This document shows, one piece after another, positions 20,326-27,707 of a stretch of DNA of 60,674 bases. Under the pieces are notes generated by a model. That model ran no database searches. It was not told the DNA's origin and saw only the letters and a program-made list of their open reading frames with translations. The DNA lies in NCBI GenBank assembly GCA_903887045.1, contig CAISOD010000075.1:1-60674 (forward strand). The letters run 5' to 3'. This DNA comes from an uncultured Gammaproteobacteria bacterium (GTDB lineage: Bacteria > Pseudomonadota > Gammaproteobacteria > Pseudomonadales > Pseudohongiellaceae). The translations under genes and the position numbers were made by a program. How positions within the stretch are numbered: position 1 is the stretch's first letter; every line of letters starts with the position of its first letter.

Positions 20326-21941
20326 ATGAGTGGTTTCACAGATTTCGAGCAGACCCTGTTCAGCCGCATCATCGGGTTGTCGGTTGCGGTATTGGTAACG
20401 GTATCGCTGAGCGCACCATTGCTGGCGCAGGAAGGTATGCGCAAAAGCCCGGACGGTGACGGCTGGATCAGCATAAACAAACCGCATCGATATGCCGATG
20501 TATTTCTCGATAGCGATCGCTTCACCGGCGCCTATACCCTGACGCCGCAAGTCGCCGATATAGGCCGTACCGCGAAGCTGGTCGTGGTTGCACACGTCAA
20601 TGATCGTTGGTATTCGCACGACGGTGCCGCGTGGCAACTGTGGAACAGTGCGCGCATGGCAGATTTGCGTATTTTTGCCGGCGACTGCACCATTTTTGCC
20701 GGTTATCAGGTGGGCGACGGTCCGTTGGTCTACAACGACAAACCGTTGCAGTTCAGCGTGCAGTCAAAAAACAGCGATGCACTGCTGTCGTTCAAGTCCG
20801 ATGTGAGCATGGAAGCCTATCTGAAGGATGGGCTGCAGAACGGCGCCAGCCGGCAGGACATGTTCTATGACATGGTGGTAACGTCGGTTGCTGGGCCAAC
20901 GGCCCGCACTACTGGCAGCACCTCTAACAGCAATAGTTCCGGAAGCCGCACGTCGACAACCAACCTGCAGGAAGCCGGCGTCGATGAAGCCGACAGCATC
21001 AAGGTGGATGGTTCCACGTTATATATGCTGTCGAGCTGTGATGAAAAGGTCTGTCTGCAAGCCCATACACTCGACACTAGTGCTGCAAGAGCATCACAGC
21101 TGTCCACCTTCAAGCTCCGCAACACCGTTGCGCCCGATGGCATGTTCCTGGTCGAAAAGGGCGTACAGGGATAGAAGATGATGGTGACTGTAGCCGGCCT
21201 GAAAGGCGAGCAGCTGTATGCCGCGCGCTTTGTCGGTGACAGGGGCTACCTCGTCACCTTCCGTGTTACCGATCCGCTCTACGTGATTGACCTCAGCAAC
21301 CAGGAGCAGCCGCGTATTGCCGGCGAGCTTAAGATCGAAGGCTATTCCGACTATTTGCATCCGGTTTCAGATACTTTGCTGCTCGGCATTGGCAAGGATG
21401 CGATACCGGACAATAACAGCAGCGACGAAGGCGGCCGTGGTGCCTGGTACCAGGGCGTGAAGCTGTCGCTGTTCGATGTCAGCAATATCGCGAGTCCAAA
21501 AGAACTAGATACCCTGATTCTCGGCAAGCGCGGCACCCAGTCGGATGTGTTGTATGACCACCACGCGCTCAGCTTCCTGCCCGCTGTTGGCAATGAACCG
21601 GCACGCCTGGCAATTCCGGTGCAATTGCACGACACGGTGCCGACATGGGAGCTTTTCAAGGCTGGTGAGCCTAGTGCGAGGTAAGACTACACCCACACCG
21701 CGATGTACAGTTTCGAGATCACCAAACTTGGTATCGCGCAGGCCGGGCGTCTGATCAGCGAAGTTCGCAAAGAAATACCGACCAATACCAATCCGGCAGC
21801 CTGTGTCAGCGTGCTGCCCAACAGTCCGCTGATTGCACCAATTTTTTCGAATTGAATGACCGTTCGGTACTGAAGGACGACTCGGTGTTCTACATTCACC
21901 GAGGAAATTTGCTCAGCTCGAAATGGGGCGTGAGCAAGTAG
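20326..21941 (+). pseudogene. Degraded secreted beta-propeller-domain protein (Beta_propel / COG4880-like)
   Basis: Signal peptide, then NLQEAGVDEADSIKVDGSTLYML and GEQLYAARFVGDRGYLVTFRVTDPLYVIDLSNQEQPRIAGELKIEGYSDYLHPV...GVKLSLFDVSN...YDHHALSF. The reading frame is broken by an in-frame TAG (21172-21174), an in-frame TAA (21682-21684) and a frameshift at about 21780-21855. The tail NDRSVLKDDSVFYIHRGNLLSS is in another frame. Confidence 0.7.
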
Positions 21942-22009
21942 TTTGCATTTTCTTGGATAAATCCTGATTTTTAAGGGATTTTTTTTGCAATGAAAGCTGT
22001 TGTCTGAAT

Positions 22010-22621
22010 CTAACGTTCCAGCAGCGAGAGCCTGGCCGTCGCTCGATCAATTTGCAGAGCCAGGGTTTGCACATCGCCGGTGAAAGCTTCCAGCTCGGCC
22101 GCTGTTGGCACCAGCCGGCCTTCTTCCAGCAGGAAATCACTGATGTCGTCGCGTACGCGCTGCGCCGTACGCTGCAAGTAATCGCTGGCGGTGCGTACAC
22201 TGTCGGCGGTCAGTTGCGTCGGCACATCACCGATAAGGCGGCTCAGCTGGAATTCCCAGTCAAAATGCAATTGCAACAACAATTTTTGCAGCGCCAGCAC
22301 AAAACCGGTACTGCCATGTAACTCTACCCCTGTGCCCTGCAGTGTTGTCAGTGGTTGGCGCCGCAACAACAAACCAGCCAAAGCTGTCGGTGAGCCGATC
22401 AGCGTGGCGGTGACGGTGCCTTCATGCCGCGGACTCAGCCGCAGTCTATCGGCATGCACACTCACAAAGAGTGTGAAAGCAGGCTGTTGCAGCTCAATGG
22501 CCAGCGTATTGCTGGCGAGAGCAGCGAGTTGGGCATGGCTGGCGGTATCCAGCGCGAGCAGCTGGTTGATTGTCAGCTCCACGGGCAGAAGAAGTGCACT
22601 TTGCAACAGCGCCAGCGACAT
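22010..22621 (-). CDS. ubiJ: Ubiquinone biosynthesis accessory factor UbiJ (SCP2-like)
   Basis: 203 aa. Call rests on position directly downstream of ubiE (2-nt gap) and on N-terminal SCP2-like hydrophobic periodicity and size. Confidence 0.75.
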   Translation of the reverse strand: MSLALLQSALLLPVELTINQLLALDTASHAQLAALASNTLAIELQQPAFTLFVSVHADRLRLSPRHEGTVTATLIGSPTALAGLLLRRQPLTTLQGTGVELHGSTGFVLALQKLLLQLHFDWEFQLSRLIGDVPTQLTADSVRTASDYLQRTAQRVRDDISDFLLEEGRLVPTAAELEAFTGDVQTLALQIDRATARLSLLER

Positions 22622-22623
22622 GG

Positions 22624-23373
22624 TCAGTCCTTGTAGCCGATGTGGATGGCACAGATGCCGCCCATCACGTCGTGATAGTGCACGCGCGAAAAGCCGGCGT
22701 TGAGCATCATGCCTTTCAGCGTTTCCTGGTCGGGATGCATGCGGATGCTTTCGACAAGGTACTGGTAGCTCTGGCTGTCATTCATTACAAGCTTGCCGGC
22801 AATAGGCCACAGCTTCGAATAAAGATCATAGGCTTTGCCGACCAGTTCGTTGCGTGGTTTCGAGAATTCGAGCACCAATACGCGGCCGCCACGTTTGCAG
22901 ACACGCTGCATTGAGCGCAGTGCGGCGTCCTTGTCGGTCACATTGCGAAGGCCGTAGGCGATACAGATGCAATCGAAGCTGTCGTCGGCGAAGGGCAGGC
23001 ATTCGGCGTTCGCCAATGTGTAGCTGATGGGCCCTGGCACACCGGCATCAATGATGCGATCGCGACCGACCTTCACCATTGATTCGTTGATATCAGCCAG
23101 CACGACATTACCGGTATTGCCGACCAGCGGTGCGAACAACAGGCTGAAATCACCAGTGCCGCCGGCAAGATCAAGCACCGACTGCCCAGCGCGCACAGCG
23201 CTTAGTTCAACGGTGAAGCGCTTGATCAAACGGTGAGTGCCGAGCGAGACCACGTCATTCATCAGGTCGTATTTGCCGGCCACGGAATGGAATACCTGAC
23301 CTACCAGCGAGGCCTTCTCGGCGACTGGTACCTCGCGGTAGCCAAAGTGTGTAGTGTCGTTTTTTTCGTTCAT
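22624..23373 (-). CDS. ubiE: Demethylmenaquinone/ubiquinone C-methyltransferase UbiE
   Basis: 249 aa. Reads [12 protein letters not shown]...[20 protein letters not shown]...[10 protein letters not shown]...FGLRNVTDK. Confidence 0.95.
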   Translation of the reverse strand: MNEKNDTTHFGYREVPVAEKASLVGQVFHSVAGKYDLMNDVVSLGTHRLIKRFTVELSAVRAGQSVLDLAGGTGDFSLLFAPLVGNTGNVVLADINESMVKVGRDRIIDAGVPGPISYTLANAECLPFADDSFDCICIAYGLRNVTDKDAALRSMQRVCKRGGRVLVLEFSKPRNELVGKAYDLYSKLWPIAGKLVMNDSQSYQYLVESIRMHPDQETLKGMMLNAGFSRVHYHDVMGGICAIHIGYKD

Positions 23374-23451
23374 ATAATAAGGTTCATGCGTGGTTGGTCA
23401 TGCTTGGCATTTCATGCTTGGCAGTTCATGCGTTGTAGCTCATCGCAATGC

Positions 23452-23847
23452 TCAGTGTTTGAGAGGCATGATATTGACGACCTGCACGCCCGTCGCCAAC
23501 GGTTCGCGACGTTCGCCTGCTTTGCGCAGGCGGTTCAGATACTCATCCCACATCGTTTGCTGCTGCAAAGCCAGTTCGCGCAAGTATTCCCAGCTGTAGA
23601 TACCGGTATCGTGGCCATCATCAAAACGCAACCGCACAGCGTAGTGACCCACTGGCTCTATCTTGTCGATTTTCACGTTGAGCTTGCCAACCTGCAGCAC
23701 TTCCTGGCCCTGGCCATGGCCTCGCACTTCGGCGGACGGCGAGTAGACGCGGAGGAATTCAGCCGGCAGCGAGTAGATGCCGCCATCGGAGTAGGTCAAC
23801 TCAAGCAGAGCGGTTTTCTTGTGGAGCTTGATGTCAGTCGGCGTCAT
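23452..23847 (-). CDS. DUF971 domain protein (gamma-butyrobetaine hydroxylase-like N-terminal domain)
   Basis: Reads MTPTDIKLHKKTALLELTYSDGGIYSLPAEFLRVYSPSAEVRGHG...IEPVGHYAVRLRFDDGHDTGIYSWEYLREL. The ORF can extend to a TTG at 23898. Confidence 0.75.
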   Translation of the reverse strand: MTPTDIKLHKKTALLELTYSDGGIYSLPAEFLRVYSPSAEVRGHGQGQEVLQVGKLNVKIDKIEPVGHYAVRLRFDDGHDTGIYSWEYLRELALQQQTMWDEYLNRLRKAGERREPLATGVQVVNIMPLKH

Positions 23848-23894
23848 GGTAGGGCATTCAAATGAGGGGGTCTGGTTGATTACGGGACTACTAT

Positions 23895-24506
23895 TCAACG
23901 CATCAACAGCGGGATCGAGTCGATGTTGCTGGCCGACAGATCTTTGCGGGCTGCCTCGGCATTGTCACGACCGGCGAAGGGGCCGACTTGTACGCGATAC
24001 CAGGTGCGGCCCGCCACGACACCCGGCACGATTTCGGCCGACATGTTCATGAGTGTGATTTTGGCGCGACGTTCATCCGCTTCCTGCTTGGCCTGGAACG
24101 AGCCGGCTTGCAGCAGATAACTGATGGCGGCCTGTTGTGCCGCAGCGGCGGCCTGAGTTGCCGGGGAGGCGTCCGGTGTTGCTTGACCTGTGACGAGAGT
24201 TGCAGGGTCTTGCGGCACACTGACGGTCACTTCGGCAGTTGCCAGTTCGTTATAGAAGCCGAAATCGAAGTCGGGTAGTGCAACCGGTGTCTGTGCACTG
24301 TTGTTGGCGTCGAGAGCGGTCGGGTTCATGGCCTGGTAGCGCAGGAAGCCGAGATAGCCACCACCAGTCAGCACCATGCCTGCAAAGATACCGCTGATAA
24401 ACCAACTCCAATGCGCGCTTTTGTGCTGGGGGCGTGCTGCTGGCTTGCCATTCTTGCGGGCAGACTGCGGTTGGGGAGTACGTTGCTTGGCAAAATCTTG
24501 TGCCAT
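23895..24506 (-). CDS. SPOR-domain cell-division protein (FtsN/DedD-like)
   Basis: Single TM helix (WSWFISGIFAGMVLTGGGYLGF), a low-complexity linker and a C-terminal SPOR domain (YLLQAGSFQAKQEADERRAKI...WYRVQVGPFAGRDNAEAARKDL). Confidence 0.75.
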   Translation of the reverse strand: MAQDFAKQRTPQPQSARKNGKPAARPQHKSAHWSWFISGIFAGMVLTGGGYLGFLRYQAMNPTALDANNSAQTPVALPDFDFGFYNELATAEVTVSVPQDPATLVTGQATPDASPATQAAAAAQQAAISYLLQAGSFQAKQEADERRAKITLMNMSAEIVPGVVAGRTWYRVQVGPFAGRDNAEAARKDLSASNIDSIPLLMR

Positions 24507-24596
24507 GAGGCGCGACTTCGAACGGAACTGTTGGTGGCAGCATTATCCAGCAATCAGCGCCGAACCTGAACCGTACTGCAACGTAAACCGCACAGA

Positions 24597-26807
24597 TTAA
24601 CTGAAGTCGGTCGGATCGACGTCGATAGACCAGCGCAGCTTGCGGGACATGCTGTTGGATTCCAGCAGTTGCAGCAGTCGTGGCCCCAGTCGTTGCAGCG
24701 TGGCCCGTCTGGGCGATTGCAGTATCAGCTGGGCACGATAAACGCCAGCCTTCTTGCCGAACGGACTCGGCATTGGCCCCAGCATGCGCAGTTCACGCGA
24801 CGCTTCGGGTTGCAGGGTTGCTGCCAGTTGCTGCAGGAACTCCATCGGCAACTCACGACTACTGCCTTCGGCCCGCAACAACATGAAATACACGAAGGGT
24901 GGCAGACCGCCCTGTGCGCGCTCAATCAATAACTGACGGGAAAAACTGCCGTAGCCTTCATTGGCCAACTGCAATAGCGCCGGATGGCTCGGGTGATAAG
25001 TCTGGATCAGCACTTGCCCCGGTGCATCGCTGCGGCCGGCGCGGCCGGCCACCTGCGTCAACAACTGCGCAAGGTTCTCTTGTGCACGGAAATCGGCGCT
25101 GAACAGACCGCTATCTGCATCCAGCACGGCCACCAGTGTGACACGCGGAAAGTGGTGACCTTTCGCAAGCATCTGTGTGCCCACCAGGATGCACGGCACT
25201 CCGCTGTGAACAGTTTGCATGAGAGCATCGAGGCTGCCGCTGGTGCGCGTGCTGTCGCGATCGATGCGTAGCACCGGGAAATCCGGAAATTGTGTGGCAA
25301 GAAAATCTGCACTGCGTTCAGTGCCAAGGCCCATCGCATCCAGGCTGTGGCTTTGGCAATTGCCGCAGTTGCGCGGCAGCGGTTTTACTGCTTCGCAGTG
25401 GTGGCATCGCAAGCTGGCCGGGTTGCGGTGCAGCGTATAACTGCGCTCGCAGCGCGGGCATTCGGCGATCCAGCCGCAATCACGACACAACAGCAACGGC
25501 GCGAAGCCGCGGCGGTTCAGGAATACCAGCACCTGTTCGCGTGCAGCCAGTGTCTCGCCGATTTTCTGCAGCAACAGCGGCGCGATGCCTTCAGAGCAGA
25601 CCTGCAGTTTGAGATCGAGTGTGCGTATCACCGGCATTCCGGCGGAGCCGGCGCGCTTGGTCAATGTCAGCAGCCGGTAGCGGTGTGCCTGTGCGTTTTG
25701 CAGGCTTTCGAGTGATGGGGTTGCCGAGCCGAGCAATACCGGAATCCCCAGCTGGCGGGCGCGGTAGACAGCAATATCACGGGCGGAATAGCGGAAACCC
25801 TCCTGCTGCTTATATGAATCGTCGTGCTCTTCGTCGATGACAACAAGGCCGGGCCGCGCGAGTGGCGTAAACACCGCCGAGCGGGTGCCGATGATGATGT
25901 GCGCTGCACCGCTGCGCGCTTCGATCCAGCCTTCGAGCCTTTGTTTGTCTGTTAGTCCGGAGTGGAAAGCGACTATGCGAGCCCGGAAACGGCTCTGGAA
26001 GCGCGCGACTGTTTGTGGCGTCAAGCTGATTTCAGGTACCAGCACCAACACTTGCTTGCCCTGCGCCAGCTTCTCTGCAATCAACTGCAGGTAGATCTCG
26101 GTTTTGCCACTGCCTGTTACCCCTTCCAGCAAAAAACAGCCAAACCCGGTGGTACTGCGTAATGCGGCCAATGCCGTGGCTTGCTCTTCATTCAATGTCA
26201 GTGGCTTCGTGGCGAGTTCCGGTTGCACTGTTGTTGCCAGCGCCTCACTGATCTGTGCGACCAGCGAGCGTGCTTGCAGTGCCTGCAGCACTGTGCGTGC
26301 GGGTTTGCCCAACAACACAGATACTTCTGCCGTGGCGAGTTGCTGGTAGTTCTTCAACAGGTCGAGCACTTGCCGTTGGGTTGGCGTGGTGCGACGGCCG
26401 CCTTCTGTTGCCGGGAGTGGCTGGATGAGCTGCCACACCTGGCGAGTGGGAACTGCCAGCGGCTTGCCTTCGCGCAGGGTCTTCGGCAGCGAAGTCTGCA
26501 AAGCCAACCCGACCGGGAACAGGTAGTACTGGCTTGCCCATCGGTATAGCGAGAGGAGCGGTGGGTCGAGCAGCGGCTCGGCGTCCAGTATTGCTGTGAG
26601 TGGGCGTAGTTTGTCCGCCGGCGTGTCGGTTTCGGATGTCAGGCCGATCACGATGCCAGTCAGCGTCTGCCGGCCGAAACCTACCTGCACCCGGGAGCCG
26701 GGCTCTGGCAGCGGGTAATCTGGATGCGGCAGGTAATCGAAGCAGCGATGCAGCGGGGAGGGCACCGCCACCTGTACGAAGATCTGGGGTTGAGAGCGGT
26801 TAGCCAA
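24597..26807 (-). CDS. priA: Primosomal replication protein N' (PriA helicase)
   Basis: Contains VQVAVPSPLHRCFDYL, Walker A GVTGSGKTE, DEEHD and a Cys4 zinc-binding cluster (CRDCGW..CPRC...CHHC). The stop is firm. I place the start at the TTG at 26807 (736 aa). The ORF back to 26924 would overlap the divergent chorismate mutase gene. Confidence 0.88.
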   Translation of the reverse strand: MANRSQPQIFVQVAVPSPLHRCFDYLPHPDYPLPEPGSRVQVGFGRQTLTGIVIGLTSETDTPADKLRPLTAILDAEPLLDPPLLSLYRWASQYYLFPVGLALQTSLPKTLREGKPLAVPTRQVWQLIQPLPATEGGRRTTPTQRQVLDLLKNYQQLATAEVSVLLGKPARTVLQALQARSLVAQISEALATTVQPELATKPLTLNEEQATALAALRSTTGFGCFLLEGVTGSGKTEIYLQLIAEKLAQGKQVLVLVPEISLTPQTVARFQSRFRARIVAFHSGLTDKQRLEGWIEARSGAAHIIIGTRSAVFTPLARPGLVVIDEEHDDSYKQQEGFRYSARDIAVYRARQLGIPVLLGSATPSLESLQNAQAHRYRLLTLTKRAGSAGMPVIRTLDLKLQVCSEGIAPLLLQKIGETLAAREQVLVFLNRRGFAPLLLCRDCGWIAECPRCERSYTLHRNPASLRCHHCEAVKPLPRNCGNCQSHSLDAMGLGTERSADFLATQFPDFPVLRIDRDSTRTSGSLDALMQTVHSGVPCILVGTQMLAKGHHFPRVTLVAVLDADSGLFSADFRAQENLAQLLTQVAGRAGRSDAPGQVLIQTYHPSHPALLQLANEGYGSFSRQLLIERAQGGLPPFVYFMLLRAEGSSRELPMEFLQQLAATLQPEASRELRMLGPMPSPFGKKAGVYRAQLILQSPRRATLQRLGPRLLQLLESNSMSRKLRWSIDVDPTDFS

Positions 26808-26907
26808 GGGGCTGGTTCGGGTTGAGGAGAAGGGCTGTGCGCAATAGTATAGACAAGCCAGTCCAACTGCCACGTAACCCCCTTCCTTTATGGAGTCTGC
26901 GTTATCC

Positions 26908-27210
26908 ATGCAAGCCGACATCAAGCCCCTCGTTCCTGCCGAATTAGCCGAGCTGCGGGGTCAGATAGACCGAATAGATGCCGAAATCATGGAGGCGTTG
27001 GCCCGTCGGTTCGCGGTGACCAACAATGTTGGCCAGCTGAAGGCCAAATATGCGCTGAATTCGGTCGATCCGGTACGCGAGCAGGAAAAGCTGCAGCAGT
27101 TGCGGCAGATGGCGGCCGAGCGCGGTCTCAGCAGCGACTTTGTCCACGATCTTTTCCAGTATATTTTCAATGAAGTAGTGAAAAACCATCGTAGCTTCCT
27201 CACCAAATGA
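26908..27210 (+). CDS. Monofunctional chorismate mutase (AroQ class), cytoplasmic
   Basis: About 100 aa. Reads LAELRGQIDRIDAEIMEALARRFAVTNNVGQLK...DPVREQEKLQQLRQMAAERGL...LFQYIFNEVVKNH. No signal peptide. Start at 26908 (GGAG 12 nt upstream) or 26890. Confidence 0.75.
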   Translation: MQADIKPLVPAELAELRGQIDRIDAEIMEALARRFAVTNNVGQLKAKYALNSVDPVREQEKLQQLRQMAAERGLSSDFVHDLFQYIFNEVVKNHRSFLTK

Positions 27211-27267
27211 AAAGAGCTGTCCGTTCGACGCCGCAGCCAAGGCAGGGCCGGGGCTGGACCGCTTTGG

Positions 27268-27295
27268 TTGTCAGATCAAAGTCTTCTGCTAGAAT
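27268..27295 (+). promoter_or_regulatory. Candidate sigma70 promoter of rpmE
   Basis: TTGTCA, 16 nt, then TAGAAT preceded by TGc (extended -10). Located about 105 nt upstream of the rpmE ATG. Confidence 0.5.
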
Positions 27296-27402
27296 GCGCG
27301 CTCTTTTTAAACCAGGTCATGGTACTGGTGGCCGCAGGGTCGATTCAGTGAATCGTCCCTCTGCCAGTGGCGATGATCACAGACAAGATTGACGAGGTTG
27401 TC

Positions 27403-27615
27403 ATGAGAGCCGATATACATCCGAAGTATTCCAACATCACCGTAACCTGTGGTTGTGGCAACACCTTCCCGACCCGTTCCACGCTGTCAGAAGATCTGCG
27501 TATTGACGTGTGCTCCAACTGTCACCCGTTTTTCACCGGCAAGCACAAGATCCTTGATGTTGGTGGTCGCGTAGACAAGTTCAAGAAGCGCTTTGTGGGT
27601 TCACGCAAGGTATAA
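27403..27615 (+). CDS. rpmE: 50S ribosomal protein L31 (zinc-binding type A)
   Basis: 70 aa. Reads [27 protein letters not shown]...[14 protein letters not shown]. Confidence 0.93.
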   Translation: MRADIHPKYSNITVTCGCGNTFPTRSTLSEDLRIDVCSNCHPFFTGKHKILDVGGRVDKFKKRFVGSRKV

Positions 27616-27669
27616 GCGCTACAAACCTGCGGGCGCGATGCCCGGGTTTATCGCCACAGCTTGATCATC

Positions 27670-27707
27670 AAAAAGAAGAGTCGCTCAGAATAGCGACTCT
27701 TCTTTTT
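27670..27707. terminator. Bidirectional rho-independent terminator between convergent rpmE and mrcA
   Basis: AAAAA-AGAAGAGTCGCT-cagaat-AGCGACTCTTCT-TTTTT. 12-bp stem flanked by A and T runs. It overlaps the last codons of mrcA. Confidence 0.8.

Noticed and set aside
136-21941. Alternative genetic code as an explanation for the in-frame TGA, TAG and TAA
   Set aside because: All three stop codons terminate dozens of well-conserved genes in this window at the expected positions, so standard code 11 applies.
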